Shown here: positions 13,807 through 26,787 of the stretch, one piece after another | How the letters are laid out: the number at the start of each line of letters is the position of its first letter | How positions within the stretch are numbered: the first letter of the stretch is position 1 | Source of the DNA: Burkholderiales bacterium | GTDB taxonomy: Bacteria; Pseudomonadota; Gammaproteobacteria; Burkholderiales; SG8-39 | Reading direction: 5' to 3' | DNA length: 57,110 nt | NCBI GenBank assembly: GCA_020845995.1 | Contig: JADLES010000172.1 | Span: 1 to 57,110 of the forward strand | Notes under the pieces: generated by a model | What the model was told of the DNA's origin: nothing | What the model saw: the letters and a program-made list of their open reading frames with translations, nothing else | The model's database searches: none | Position numbers and translations under genes: made by a program

Positions 13807-15669
13807 ATGTTCGATCTCGTCACCAAGCACAAGCGCCTGCTGCAGGTCATCCTGGCAATCCTGGTGCTGCCGTTCGCGTTCTGGGGCGTGGAGTCCTACA
13901 CGCGCGCCGGGCGCGGCGGCAACGAGGTGGCGAGCGTCGACGGGATCCCGGTGACCTTGCGCGAGTTTTCCGACGAACTGCGCCGGCAGCAGGACAGGAT
14001 GCGCCAGCTGCTGGGCGCGGGCGCCGACCCCGCCGCGCTGGAAAGCCCGGAAATGCGTCTCGCCATCCTCGACTCGCTGATCTCGCAGCGCCTGATCACC
14101 AATGCGGTCGCAAATGCGCATGCCGCGCTTTCCAGGGATGCGGTCGTGGCGAGCATCCTCGCCTCGCCCGAGTTCCAGGTGGACGGCAAGTTCTCCGCCG
14201 AGCGCTACGCCGGCTATTTGCGCGCCGCGGGCCTCTCGGACGACGGCAACGTGGATCGGCTGCGCCTGGAGATTCCCGCCTCGCAGCTGGCCGCCGCGGT
14301 CGCCGGCAGCGCCTTCGAGCCGCGCACGTCGAGCGCCCGGCTGGCCGCCATCGAAGCCGAAAAGCGCGAGGTCGCCGAGGCCTTCGTTTCCGCCGATGCC
14401 TTTCTTTCCCGCGTGAAGCCGGACGAGGCGGCGGCGAAGGCGTACTACGAATCGCACCTCGCCGACTTCAAGGTTCCCGAACGGGTGCGCGCCGAGTTCG
14501 TGGTGCTTTCGGCCGAGGCGATCGGGCAGGCCGAGGGCGCAAGCGAGGCCGAGATCAAGACCGCGTACGACGCGAAGGCGGCGACGCTGGGCGAGCCCGA
14601 GCAGCGGCGCGCGAGCCATATCCTGCTGGCGGGCAAGGACGAAGCCGGGAAAGTGCTCGCGGAAGCGCGCAAGAGCCCGCAATCGTTCGCCGAGCTGGCG
14701 AAGAAGCATTCGCAGGACAGCGGCTCGGCGGCGAACGGCGGCGACCTGGGCATGAACCCGCGCGGCGCTCTGGCGAGCAAGGAGCTGGAAGAGGCCATCT
14801 TCAGGCTCAAGGCGGGCGAGATCGGCGACGTCGTTACGTCCCCGTTCGGCTTCCACGTCGTTCGCGTGACCGCGATCCAGCCCGCCAAGCTGCGCCCGAT
14901 CGAGGAAGTCCGCAAGGAGCTCGCCGCCGAAATCATCAAGCAAAAGGGCATGAAGAAGTTCGCCGAGGCGGCCGAGAGTTTCAACAACATGGTCTACGAG
15001 CAGTCCGACAGCCTGAAGCCCGCGGCCGAGCGCTTCAAGCTGAAGATCGAGAACACGGGCTGGTTCAGCCGGCAGGCGCTGGGCGAGGCGGGGCCGCTCG
15101 CGAACCCCAAGCTGCTGGCGGCCATCTTTTCGCCGGACGCCACCAGGCAGAAGCGCAACACGGATGCGGTGGAGGTTGCGCCGGGCGTACTGGTCGCGGC
15201 GCGGGTGCTCGAGCACCAGCCCGAGGCGCAGCGACCCTTCGCCGAGGTGAGGGCGGACGTCGAGCGCAGGCTGGCGCGGCGCGAAGCCGTCGCGCTCGCG
15301 CGCAAGGAAGGTGAAGCAAAGCTCTTGGAACTGAGAAAGGGGGCGGATGCGGGCATCACCTGGGCGGCGGCAAAGACAGTGTCGAGGCAGGAAACGCAGG
15401 GACTGCCGCAGGCGGCGATCCGCAGGATCATGTCGACGGATGCCGCCAAGCTGCCCGCCTTTGCCGGGCTCGAGCGCGGCGAAGAGGGCTACGCGCTCTA
15501 TCGCATCGCCAAGGTCATTCCGAGCGGTCCGGCGGCCGGGCCGCAGGCCGCGGAACTGCAGGCGCGCTTCGATCAGCGTGCCGGGGCGGCGCAACTGGAC
15601 GCCTACGTCTCGAGCCTGCGCGCGCGGGCGAAAGTCGAGGTCAACCAGGCGAACCTGGAGCGCAAGTAG
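13807..15669 (+). CDS. ppiD: periplasmic chaperone / peptidyl-prolyl isomerase PpiD
   Basis: 620 aa with an N-terminal TM anchor (LLQVILAILVLPFAFWGV), a SurA-N-like region and a parvulin domain (RRASHILL...FGFHVVRV). Confidence 0.9.
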   Translation: MFDLVTKHKRLLQVILAILVLPFAFWGVESYTRAGRGGNEVASVDGIPVTLREFSDELRRQQDRMRQLLGAGADPAALESPEMRLAILDSLISQRLITNAVANAHAALSRDAVVASILASPEFQVDGKFSAERYAGYLRAAGLSDDGNVDRLRLEIPASQLAAAVAGSAFEPRTSSARLAAIEAEKREVAEAFVSADAFLSRVKPDEAAAKAYYESHLADFKVPERVRAEFVVLSAEAIGQAEGASEAEIKTAYDAKAATLGEPEQRRASHILLAGKDEAGKVLAEARKSPQSFAELAKKHSQDSGSAANGGDLGMNPRGALASKELEEAIFRLKAGEIGDVVTSPFGFHVVRVTAIQPAKLRPIEEVRKELAAEIIKQKGMKKFAEAAESFNNMVYEQSDSLKPAAERFKLKIENTGWFSRQALGEAGPLANPKLLAAIFSPDATRQKRNTDAVEVAPGVLVAARVLEHQPEAQRPFAEVRADVERRLARREAVALARKEGEAKLLELRKGADAGITWAAAKTVSRQETQGLPQAAIRRIMSTDAAKLPAFAGLERGEEGYALYRIAKVIPSGPAAGPQAAELQARFDQRAGAAQLDAYVSSLRARAKVEVNQANLERK

Positions 15670-15675
15670 CGCGGC

Positions 15676-16476
15676 TCAATCCGGCTCGGAATCCTCGGGG
15701 ATGGTGACGGACACCACGTTGAAGCCGCCGTCCACGTAGAGGATTTCCGCGGTGATCCCGGCGGCGAGGTCCGAGAGCAGGAAAGCGGCGGCGTTGCCGA
15801 CGTCGTCGATGGTGACGTTGCGCCGCAGCGGCGCGAACCGCTCCACGTGTTTGAAGATCTTGCTGAAACCGGCGATGCCCGCCGCTGCCAGCGTCCGGAT
15901 GGGTCCCGCCGAGATGCCGTTGACGCGAATGCCCTTCGGCCCGAGGTTGGCGGCGAGGTAGCGCACCGAGGCCTCCAGGCTCGCCTTGGCGAGACCCATG
16001 GTGTTGTAGTGGGGAATCTGCCGCACGGCACCCAGATAGCTGAGCGTAAGCAGCGCCGCGCGGCGACCCATCATCATCGGCAGCGCCGCCTTGGCGAGCG
16101 CCGGGAAACTGTACGCGGAGATGTCGTGCGCGAGGCGGAACGCTTCGCGCGACAGGCCCTCGAGCAGCTCGCCGGCGATCGCCTCGCGCGGCGCAAAGCC
16201 GATGGCATGCACCAGGCCGTCCAGGCCGTCCCAGCGCGCGCGCAGCGAGGCGAACAGTTCCTCGATCTGCGCGTCGCTCGCCACGTCGCAGGGAAGGACG
16301 AGCTCGGAGCCGAAATCGCGCGCCAGCTCGGCGACGCGGTCCTTGAAGCGCTCGCCCACGTAGGTGAAGGCGAGCTCGGCGCCCTCGCGGTGCGCCGCTT
16401 TCGCGATGCCGTATGCGATGGAGCGGTTGCTGAGCAGGCCGGTGACCAGAATTTTCTTGCCGGAGAGAAATCGCAT
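15676..16476 (-). CDS. fabI: enoyl-[acyl-carrier-protein] reductase (NADH) FabI
   Basis: This is the last 266 codons of the 985-aa track ORF, starting [27 protein letters not shown]. It has the Y-x6-K region ([12 protein letters not shown]). The upstream part of the ORF is antisense to the SBP gene. Confidence 0.95.
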   Translation of the reverse strand: MRFLSGKKILVTGLLSNRSIAYGIAKAAHREGAELAFTYVGERFKDRVAELARDFGSELVLPCDVASDAQIEELFASLRARWDGLDGLVHAIGFAPREAIAGELLEGLSREAFRLAHDISAYSFPALAKAALPMMMGRRAALLTLSYLGAVRQIPHYNTMGLAKASLEASVRYLAANLGPKGIRVNGISAGPIRTLAAAGIAGFSKIFKHVERFAPLRRNVTIDDVGNAAAFLLSDLAAGITAEILYVDGGFNVVSVTIPEDSEPD

Positions 16477-16482
16477 GCGCGC

Positions 16483-16490
16483 ATTATACT
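16483..16490. promoter_or_regulatory. overlapping face-to-face -10-like hexamers in the 21-bp fabI / SBP divergent spacer
   Basis: TATAAT on the minus strand (16483-16488) lies 6 nt before the fabI ATG. TATACT on the plus strand (16485-16490) lies 7 nt before the SBP ATG. Neither gene has an SD. Confidence 0.3.
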
Positions 16491-16497
16491 TTCCGCC

Positions 16498-18654
16498 ATG
16501 CGCGCCTTGCTGCTGATGCTGTTGCTGCCGCTGGCCGCGGGCTGCGGAGAAGTCTGGAACGACCCCTATCCCGCGGCCGAGCGCGGCAAGAACATCCTCT
16601 ACTCGGTCTTCACGGAGCGGCCCAAGCACCTCGACCCGGCGCAATCCTACGCCACGGACGAGTCGCAATTCACCATGCAGGTCTACGAGCCGCCGCTGCA
16701 GTATCACTACCTGAAGCGGCCCTATCAGCTGGTCCCGAACACCGCGCTGGAGGTGCCGCAGCCGAAGATGGTGGAAAAGGACGGCGCCACCTACAGCGTG
16801 TACGAAATCCGCATCCAGCCCGGCATCCGCTTCCAGCCGCATCCGGCGTTTGTCGAGAAGAATCTCGATTTGAGGAAAGAACAGGTCGATGCGCTCGGAA
16901 CGCCGTACCAGCTTCCTCTCGGCACGCGCGAGCTTACCGCCGACGACTACATCTACCAGATCAAGCGCCTCGCGCACCCGCGGCTGCAGGTGCCGATCTT
17001 CGGCCTGATGTCCGAGTACATCGTCGGCCTGAAGGAATACGCGGCCGCGCTGAAAAAGGCGGACAAGCCCGGCGAGTGGCTGGACCTGCGCCAGCACCCG
17101 CTCGCGGGGGTGGAGCGCGTGGACGCGCACGGCTACCGCGTGACGCTGAAGGGGCGCTATCCGCAGTTTGCCTACTGGCTGGCGATGCATTTCTTCTCGC
17201 CCATGCCCTGGGAGGCGGATAAGTTCTTCCAGCAGCCCGGCATGGCGCAGAAGAACTTCACCATCGACTGGTGGCCGGTGGGCACCGGGCCCTACATGCT
17301 GAGCGAGAACGACCCCAATTCGCGCATGGTGCTCGAGCGCAACCCGAACTACCGCGGCGTGCCGTACCCCTCCGAGGGAGATCCGGAGGACGGCAAGAAC
17401 GGCCTTCTCGCGGACGCCGGCAAGACGATGCCGTTCATCGACAAGGCGGTGTACTCGCGCGAGCGCGAGGCGATTCCGCTGTGGAACAAGTTCCTCCAGG
17501 GGTACTACGACACCTCCGGCATCGGCTCGGACAATTTCGACCAGGCCGTGCGCATCTCCGCGGACGGAGACGCCGGCCTGACGCCGGAGATGGAAAAGCG
17601 CGGCGTGCGCATGGAGACCTCGGTGGAGCCGACCGTGTTCTACCTGGGCGCCAACTGGCTGGACCCGGTGATCGGCGGGGCGGCGGGGGGAGAATCGGCC
17701 GAGCGCGCCCGCAAGCTGCGCCAGGCGCTGGCGATCGCCATTGACTGGGAGGAATACCTTTCGGTGTTCGCCAACGGCCGCGGCGTGCCCTCGCACAGCC
17801 CGCTTGCGCCGGGCATCTTCGGGTACCGGGAAGGGAAGGACAGCATCAATCCCGTAACCCATGAATGGAAGGACGGTAAGGCCGTGCGCCGGCCGATCGA
17901 GGCGGCGCGCAAGCGGCTCGCCGAAGCCGGCTATCCGGACGGCCGCGACGCGAGGACCGGGCAGCCGCTGGTGCTGTACCTGGACACCGTCGACCGGGGG
18001 CCGGGGGGCAAGGCGGTGATCGACTGGTGGCGCAAGCAGTTCGCCCGGCTCTCGATCCAGTTCGAGCCGCGCCAGACCGACTGGAACCGGTTCCAGGAGA
18101 AGCTGCGCAAGGGGAACACGCAGCTGTTCATGGTCGGCTGGCGCGCCGACTACCCGGATCCGGAGAACTTCATGTTCCTGCTCAACGGGCCGCAGGCGCG
18201 CGCCAGGGGCGGCGGCGAAAACGCCTCGAACTACAGCAACCCGGAATACGACGCGCTGTTCGCGAGGATGCGCCACATGCCGAATTCGCCGGGGCGCCAG
18301 GAGATCATCGACCGGATGGTGGACATCTTCCGGCGCGATGCGCCCTGGATCGGCGGCTTCCACCGCAAGTCCATCGGACTGATCCAGGGCTGGCTGAGCA
18401 ACGTGAAGCCGAACGAAATGGCGGACAACAAGCTGCGCTACTACCGCCTCGACGCCGCCAGGCGCGAGGCGGCGCGCCGCGCCTGGAACCGCCCGATCGT
18501 CTGGCCGCTGGTGTTGCTGGTGCTCGCCATCGTGCTGGCCACCATCCCCGCCTTCCGCTCCTACCGCCGGCGCGAGCGCATGGCGGCGACGAGAGAGCAG
18601 GGGGCGCAGCCGACCCCGCTGCGCCCCCCGCACCCCCCGGGTGCCTCGGCCTAG
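16498..18654 (+). CDS. ABC transporter substrate-binding protein, peptide/nickel (family 5) type, unusually long with a C-terminal TM segment
   Basis: 718 aa. It has a signal peptide plus lipobox ([16 protein letters not shown]), a family-5 SBP-like body, and the C-terminal hydrophobic helix [20 protein letters not shown] followed by a Pro-rich tail. Confidence 0.85.
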   Translation: MRALLLMLLLPLAAGCGEVWNDPYPAAERGKNILYSVFTERPKHLDPAQSYATDESQFTMQVYEPPLQYHYLKRPYQLVPNTALEVPQPKMVEKDGATYSVYEIRIQPGIRFQPHPAFVEKNLDLRKEQVDALGTPYQLPLGTRELTADDYIYQIKRLAHPRLQVPIFGLMSEYIVGLKEYAAALKKADKPGEWLDLRQHPLAGVERVDAHGYRVTLKGRYPQFAYWLAMHFFSPMPWEADKFFQQPGMAQKNFTIDWWPVGTGPYMLSENDPNSRMVLERNPNYRGVPYPSEGDPEDGKNGLLADAGKTMPFIDKAVYSREREAIPLWNKFLQGYYDTSGIGSDNFDQAVRISADGDAGLTPEMEKRGVRMETSVEPTVFYLGANWLDPVIGGAAGGESAERARKLRQALAIAIDWEEYLSVFANGRGVPSHSPLAPGIFGYREGKDSINPVTHEWKDGKAVRRPIEAARKRLAEAGYPDGRDARTGQPLVLYLDTVDRGPGGKAVIDWWRKQFARLSIQFEPRQTDWNRFQEKLRKGNTQLFMVGWRADYPDPENFMFLLNGPQARARGGGENASNYSNPEYDALFARMRHMPNSPGRQEIIDRMVDIFRRDAPWIGGFHRKSIGLIQGWLSNVKPNEMADNKLRYYRLDAARREAARRAWNRPIVWPLVLLVLAIVLATIPAFRSYRRRERMAATREQGAQPTPLRPPHPPGASA

Positions 18655-19635
18655 ATGTTCGCGTACATCGTCCGCCGGCTGCTGTACGCGATCCCGATCC
18701 TGGTTGGAGTCAACCTTCTCACCTTCGCCCTGTTCTTCGTGGTCAACACGCCGGACGACATGGCGCGCATGCAGCTCGGCGCCAAGCGCGTCACGCCCGA
18801 GGCGATCGAGAAATGGAAGGCGGAGCGGGGGTATGACTTGCCTTTGGTTTGGAATTCGAATGAAAAGTTTTTTTTAGACAAGGCAACAAAAACAATATTT
18901 GTACAGAAATCCGCGAAGCTGTTCCTGTTCGATTTCGGCTACTCGGAGGACAAGCGTGACATCGCCGGCGAGATCACGACGCGGATGTGGCCGAGCCTGG
19001 CGCTGCAGGTTCCGGTCTTCTTCATCGGCTTGGCGGTGTGCATCACTTTCGCGCTGCTGATGGCGGTGTTCCGCGCGAGCTATCTGGACGTGTGGGGTGT
19101 GGTCCTGTGCGTCGCCATGATGGCGATTTCGATGCTGTTCTACATCATCGGCGGCCAGTACCTGTTTTCCAAGGTGCTGCACCTGGTGCCGATCTCCGGC
19201 TACCAGGGCGGAGGCGACGCGTTCAAGTTCCTGATCCTGCCCGTCGCCATCGGAGTCATCGCCGGCATCGGCGGGGCGAGCCGCCTCTACCGCACCCTGT
19301 TCCTGGAGGAGATGGCCAAGGACTTCGTGCGCACCGCGCGGGCGAAGGGCCTGAGCGAGCGCGTGGTGCTGTTCCGCCACGTGCTCAGGAACGCGCTGAT
19401 CCCGATCCTCACCGGCGTGGTGGTGGCGATTCCGTTCCTGTTCCTCGGCAGCCTGCTGCAGGAATCCTTCTTCGGCATTCCGGGGCTGGGCAGCTACACC
19501 ATCGAAGCGATCCAGGCGCAGGATTTCGCCGTGCTGCGCGCGATGGTGTTCATCGGCGCGGTGCTGTACATCCTGGCGCTGATCGCGACCGACATTTCCT
19601 ACACCGTCGCCGATCCCAGGGTGAGGCTGCAATAG
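18655..19635 (+). CDS. ABC transporter permease (DppB/OppB-like)
   Basis: 326 aa. The ATG abuts the SBP stop (TAGATG). It is a polytopic protein with an EAA-like loop ([24 protein letters not shown]). Confidence 0.9.
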   Translation: MFAYIVRRLLYAIPILVGVNLLTFALFFVVNTPDDMARMQLGAKRVTPEAIEKWKAERGYDLPLVWNSNEKFFLDKATKTIFVQKSAKLFLFDFGYSEDKRDIAGEITTRMWPSLALQVPVFFIGLAVCITFALLMAVFRASYLDVWGVVLCVAMMAISMLFYIIGGQYLFSKVLHLVPISGYQGGGDAFKFLILPVAIGVIAGIGGASRLYRTLFLEEMAKDFVRTARAKGLSERVVLFRHVLRNALIPILTGVVVAIPFLFLGSLLQESFFGIPGLGSYTIEAIQAQDFAVLRAMVFIGAVLYILALIATDISYTVADPRVRLQ

Positions 19636-19636
19636 C

Positions 19637-20979
19637 ATGCCGGTGATCCTCGCCACGGATGTCCTCGTCTGGCTGCTGGTCCTGGCCGCTGCCGGCTACG
19701 GGCTGTACTGCCGGCGCCAGCCCCATCTCGCGGCCGCGTGGCAGCGGGTGTTCCGCAGCCCGGCCGCGATGGCGTCCTCCGTCGCGCTCGTTTTCTTCCT
19801 CGGCGTCGCCCTGCTGGATTCGCTCCACTACCGGCCCGCGCTGGACACGAGGCCGGGCGAGCAGAAGGCGTACGGCACGGAGGTCCGGTCCGTGCTGGAT
19901 CTGCCGCTCGCCGACCTGCGCGGCAACACCGAGAAAACCTACTCCGCCCCGCTGGCGATGGTCTCCTACGCGAAGGAGCAGGTCGAGCTGCCCAACGGCA
20001 AGATGGGCCGCGAGTTCCCGCGCCTGCGCTTTGGCGGCTCGCACCTGAAGGATGCGTCGGAATGGGCCGGAGACGTCACGCGCCGGGTGCTCGCGGGATT
20101 CGCCGCGTCGGTTCTGCTGTTCATCATGGCGGCGCTGGTCATTCGCCGGCTGGGGAAGCGACGCCCGGAAATCCCCTGGAACGCCGCCCTGGCCGCGGTC
20201 GGCGGCCTGCTGTTCGTCACCGGCCCGGCGGTGGCCCTCAGCCTTTGCTACCACGTACTCGGCACGGACAAGGTCGGCCAGGACGTTCTTTACCTCGCGC
20301 TGAAATCCGTGCGCACCAGCGTGGTGATCGGCACGCTGACCACGATCGTGCTGCTTCCCGTGGGCATTGCCCTGGGAATCATGGCGGGCTACTTCCGGGG
20401 CTGGGTGGATGACGTCATCCAGTACGTGTATACGACGCTGAACTCCATTCCGGGCGTGCTGCTCATCGCCGCCTCGGTGCTGATGGTGCAGGTGTACGTC
20501 GATACCCATCCGGATCTGTTCCAGACCGCCGCCCAGCGGGCGGACTTTCGGCTGCTGATGCTGTGCATCATCATGGGGTTGACCAGCTGGACCGGGCTGA
20601 CCCGGGTGCTGCGGGGCGAGACGCTGAAGCTGTCGCAACTCGAGTACGTGCAGGCGGCGCACGCCTTCGGCGTACGCCAGCCGCGGATCCTCGCCCGGCA
20701 CATCCTGCCGAACGTCGCGCACATCGTGATCATCACGCTGGCGCTGGACTTTTCCGGCTTCGTGCTGGCCGAGGCGGTGCTGTCGTACATCGGGGTTGGC
20801 GTCGATCCCTCCACCAACAGCTTCGGCACCATCATCAACGCCGCGCGCCTGGAAATGTCGCGCGAGCCCGTCGTCTGGTGGACCCTGGCGACCGCGTTCA
20901 CGTTCATGTTCGTGCTGGTGCTGGCGGCCAACCTGTTCGCCGACGCGGCGCGCGACGGCTTCGATCCGCGGGTGCGCGT

Positions 20980-20983
<4 letters not shown>
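19637..20983 (+). CDS. ABC transporter permease (DppC/OppC-like) with an extended N-terminal region
   Basis: 448 aa. The EAA-like loop is YVQAAHAFGVRQPRILARHILPN. About 150 extra N-terminal residues contain additional hydrophobic segments. Confidence 0.9.
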
Positions 20984-23010
<2,027 letters not shown>

Positions 23011-23623
23011 TTGAGGTCGCCGGGGACCGGCAGCATGCCCTTGCGCAGCAGCTCGCCGATCTGCGCCTGGTCCTCTGCCGGCAAGGAGGAGATCTCCGCC
23101 TTGAACTCGCGTGCCATGCGCTCCTTCTCGCTCCAGGGCATCTGCGCGAGCCTGAGCTGCGCGGCGCGCAGGACGAGCGCCCGGTCCATGAAATACTGGA
23201 TCATCGCGCTGCGCACCGCCGCGTTCTTCGGGTTCATGAGCTCCGCATTGAGAGAGTCGAAGATCTCCTGGCGCTGGCGGTCGGCCAGGTAGAGAAAGCT
23301 GTCGTCGATGAGGCGCCGGATCTGGTCCGGCTCGACCATGGTGCCCGGATAGAACCGGGAGGGTTCGATGATTTCCACCTCGAACCGCTTCTCGGAATCG
23401 GGCTTGGTCGCATGGTTGTAGACCATGTTGCGCGCGATGCTCATGAGCAGCATGAGAATCGGGTCGGCGGCCGCGGGCGAGCACAGCCCCGCGAAAAGCG
23501 CAGTGAATAAAACACCACTCCGTACCAGCCGGCCCATACGCATACATTCTAGGGAGCCGCGGACGGGCGTGGTCCCGCAGGGCAGCAATTATCAATCTAT
23601 TACATTAAATTAGTGTTGTATCA

Positions 23624-25180
23624 CTATGATTTTCTGATTTGTTTACCAGGAGACGCTTGCCGCGGTTTTCCCTTCGCCGGGGTCTTCTTCGCCGCCGCCG
23701 GCGTCCCTTTGGTGTGCACGACCAGCTTCGTGCCGACCGCGAGGCGGCCGACCTTGTTCCAGCGCCGCAGATCCTCGACCTTGACTCGGTAGCGCGCGGC
23801 GATCCCCTGCAGCGTGTCGCCAGCTTTGACCGTGTGCACGAACGTGCGCGGGCCGGCGAGCGGGATCGGCGGCGCGTACATGATGGGCAGCCGGCCGGCG
23901 TCGCGCGCGCCGCCCTGTGCGGTGGGTACCACCAGCACCGCCGGCATCGCGCGCGCGCGCGCGGTAATACCGTTGACCTCCTTCAGCTGCGCAAGGCTCA
24001 CTCCAAACTGCTTGGCGATGCCTTCCAGGCTCTCGCCTTTTTTCGGCTGGTAGGTCTGCCAGGACACGAGCGACTTGTCATCGTGCTTAGTGAGATTCTC
24101 GTGGAAGACGTCGACGCGGTCGGCCGGCAGCACGATGCGGGGCGTGACATCGGCGCGGATCACCGGGCGGCTGAAGCCGGGATTGAGGGCCACGAACTCC
24201 TCGACGCTCATCTCGGCCAGCTGTGCCGCGAGCTTGACGTCGATGTCGCGCGTCCGCGTCACCTCGGCGAAGTAAGGAAGGTTGGGGATCGGATCCAGAT
24301 CAACTCCAAACAGCTGCGGGTTGGCGATGATGTTCTTCAGGGCCTGCAGCTTGGGAACGTAGTGCCGCGTCTCCGCCGGCATGCTCAGGCTCGAATAGTC
24401 GAGCGGCTTGCCTTCCCGGCGGTTCTTCTCCAGGGCCCGCGCCACCGCGTTCTCGCCCCAGTTGTAGGAGGCGAGCGCGAGATGCCAGTCGCCGTGCATG
24501 TCGTACACGTCCTTCAGGTAGTCGAGCGCCGCCGAGGTGGAGGCGACGATGTCGCGGCGGCCGTCATACCACCAGTTCTGCGCGAGCTCGTAGCGCTTGC
24601 CGGTGCCGGGGATGAACTGCCACAGGCCGGAGGCGTGCGCGCGCGAATAGGCCATCGGGTTGAAGGAACTCTCCACCATCGGCAGCAGCGCGAGCTCCGT
24701 GGGCAGGCCGCGCTTCTCGATCTCCTCGACGATGTGGTACAGGTAGCGGCGGCTGCGCTCGAACACCCGCCTCAGGTACTCGGGCCGGGCCACATACCAG
24801 GCGGTCTTCTCCGCCACCAGGCTGCCGGCAAGGTCGGGCATGGCGAATCCGTCGCGAATGCGTTGCCAGACGTCGTCCTGGCGCACGGTCCGGTCGACGC
24901 GCGGGAGCGCCTGCCGGGCGCTGGCGAGGTCCTCGTGCTTGCCCTCGAAGGGCGGCAGCCGGGTCGCATCCAGAGGCTTGGCCAGCGCCTGGGCGGAGGC
25001 GGCCTTGCGCGCCTCGTCCGGGTCCTCGCGAAAGCCGAGCACCGGCGAATCCGGCCCGCGCCGCGCGCGCGCCATGTCCGCGGACGGCTCGCCGGCGGTG
25101 TCCGCTCCGGGCGGCGTGGCGCAGGCGGCGAGCAGCAACGCCGCCGCCGCCAGACCGATTCGCACCGCTGTACCCAGCAC
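23624..25180 (-). CDS. mltD: membrane-bound lytic murein transglycosylase D-like lipoprotein (SLT domain plus 2 LysM)
   Basis: Trimmed to the GTG at 25180 (GGAGA SD upstream; signal with lipobox LLLAAC). 518 aa with an SLT motif (LPMVESSFNP...SGLWQF) and two C-terminal LysM repeats. Confidence 0.85.
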   Translation of the reverse strand: MLGTAVRIGLAAAALLLAACATPPGADTAGEPSADMARARRGPDSPVLGFREDPDEARKAASAQALAKPLDATRLPPFEGKHEDLASARQALPRVDRTVRQDDVWQRIRDGFAMPDLAGSLVAEKTAWYVARPEYLRRVFERSRRYLYHIVEEIEKRGLPTELALLPMVESSFNPMAYSRAHASGLWQFIPGTGKRYELAQNWWYDGRRDIVASTSAALDYLKDVYDMHGDWHLALASYNWGENAVARALEKNRREGKPLDYSSLSMPAETRHYVPKLQALKNIIANPQLFGVDLDPIPNLPYFAEVTRTRDIDVKLAAQLAEMSVEEFVALNPGFSRPVIRADVTPRIVLPADRVDVFHENLTKHDDKSLVSWQTYQPKKGESLEGIAKQFGVSLAQLKEVNGITARARAMPAVLVVPTAQGGARDAGRLPIMYAPPIPLAGPRTFVHTVKAGDTLQGIAARYRVKVEDLRRWNKVGRLAVGTKLVVHTKGTPAAAKKTPAKGKPRQASPGKQIRKS

Positions 25181-25226
25181 GCGGATCCCGTCTCCAGAAA
25201 CGCCAAACCGGGAGTTTACCCCGCAA

Positions 25227-25991
25227 CTAGAACTTGTTTTTCCACTCGCGGATCGCGGCGAACACCCGGACCGGGTCGGCGACGCGGGCGCCGAGATACT
25301 TGTTGGCCGATTCGACCACCGCCGGCTCCGCGCAGCGCAGAAACGGGTTGGTCGCGCGCTCCTCGCCAAGCGTGGAAGGCAACGTCGGGTGCCCGGCCTC
25401 GCGCAGGCGGCGCGCGCGCTCCTCGCGCGCGGCGAGGACGGGATTGGCAGGATCGACGGCGCGCGCGAAGCGGATGTTCGCGAGCGTGTACTCATGCCCG
25501 CAGTAGACCCGGGTCTCGTCCGGAAGCGCCGCGAGCTTCTGCAGCGAATCGTGCATCTGCGCAGCGGTGCCCTCGAACACGCGCCCGCAACCGCAGGCGA
25601 ACAGCGTATCGCCGCAGAAAAGGGATCCTGCGTCATAATAGGCGACATGCGCGCGCGTGTGCCCTGGAATGTCCAGGACAGAGAATGTGGCGCCGATCTC
25701 GGGAATCGCGGCGCTGTCTCCCTGGCCCACGGGATGCGTGAGGGCGGGGATCGGCTCGCCACGGGGCCCGTACACCGGCAGCTTCGACGTGCCGACGAGA
25801 TCGACGATCCCGCCGACATGGTCCGGATGATGGTGCGTGGCCAGGATCGCCGCCAGCGCAAGACCCTCGCGCGCCAGGTACTCGAGTACCGGGCGCGCCT
25901 CGCCGGGGTCGACGACCGCGGCATGCCGGCCGCTGCGCAGCGTCCAGATGTAGTTGTCCTGGAACGCGGGTAAGGGAACGATCTCCAGCAT
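25227..25991 (-). CDS. gloB: hydroxyacylglutathione hydrolase (glyoxalase II)
   Basis: Starts at [16 protein letters not shown]. It has the metallo-beta-lactamase motif THHHPDHVGG. 254 aa. Confidence 0.9.
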   Translation of the reverse strand: MLEIVPLPAFQDNYIWTLRSGRHAAVVDPGEARPVLEYLAREGLALAAILATHHHPDHVGGIVDLVGTSKLPVYGPRGEPIPALTHPVGQGDSAAIPEIGATFSVLDIPGHTRAHVAYYDAGSLFCGDTLFACGCGRVFEGTAAQMHDSLQKLAALPDETRVYCGHEYTLANIRFARAVDPANPVLAAREERARRLREAGHPTLPSTLGEERATNPFLRCAEPAVVESANKYLGARVADPVRVFAAIREWKNKF

Positions 25992-26787
25992 GGACCGGCA
26001 GTCCTTCACGGCAAACGGATCGCCGCAGTATAGCGGCGCCCGGCCCGGCTTCGCGGAATGGTTCGCCACGCCGCAGGGCAAGTACGTGCTCGACTGGGAA
26101 CGATCCCAGTTCGACCTCGCCACCGAGGACATTTTCGGCTACCGGGCGGTGCAGATGGGGCTGCACCAGCACGACTTTCTGCGCGCCAACCGCATTCCGT
26201 TCCGCTTCACGCTGTCGCTCGATCACGGCGCCGCGCTCGCCGCCGACCCGATGCAGCTGCCGCTTGCCGGCCAGAGCGTGGACCTGGTCGCGCTGCCGCA
26301 CGCGCTGGAGTCGGCCGCCGATCCGCACCTCGTGCTGCGCGAGGCCGAGCGGGTGCTCATTCCCGAAGGCCAGCTGGTGATCTCGGGCTTCAACCCGCTT
26401 TCGCTCTGGCGCCTGCGCCAGCTCTTCGCGCGCAAGGGAGCCGGGGCTCCCTGGGAGGCCCGCTTCATCGGCCTGCTGCGGCTGAAGGACTGGCTGCACC
26501 TGCTCGGCTTCGAGTTGAACGGCGGGCGCTTTGGCTGCTACGCGCCTCCGTTCGAGGCGCAACGCTGGCAGTCGCGCTTCGCGTTCATGGACAAGGCCGG
26601 GGCACGCTGGTGGCCGATCATGGGCGGGGCCTACGTGGTGCGCGCGGTGAAGCGGGTGCACGGCATGCGCCTGATCGCGCCCGCCTGGCGCAAGGAGCGG
26701 GCGCGCCGGCGCGCGCTGGCGACCATCCCGCAACGCAACGGGCATGCGGCGAACCGCAGCCGCCGGCAGAACGGCCGCAATGACTGA
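25990..26787 (+). CDS. class I SAM-dependent methyltransferase-like protein (YafS-like position between gloB and rnhA)
   Basis: Start taken at MDRQSF; an in-frame alternative is at 25954. The synteny gloB <-> MT-rnhA-dnaQ resembles the E. coli gloB/yafS/rnhA/dnaQ neighbourhood. The 3' end overlaps rnhA by 8 nt. Confidence 0.7.
   Translation: MDRQSFTANGSPQYSGARPGFAEWFATPQGKYVLDWERSQFDLATEDIFGYRAVQMGLHQHDFLRANRIPFRFTLSLDHGAALAADPMQLPLAGQSVDLVALPHALESAADPHLVLREAERVLIPEGQLVISGFNPLSLWRLRQLFARKGAGAPWEARFIGLLRLKDWLHLLGFELNGGRFGCYAPPFEAQRWQSRFAFMDKAGARWWPIMGGAYVVRAVKRVHGMRLIAPAWRKERARRRALATIPQRNGHAANRSRRQNGRND

Noticed and set aside
16477-18633. Upstream 719 codons of the 985-aa minus-strand ORF that ends as fabI
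   Set aside because: Only the last 266 codons match FabI, beginning at a canonical [14 protein letters not shown]-terminus. The rest is antisense to the ABC binding-protein gene.
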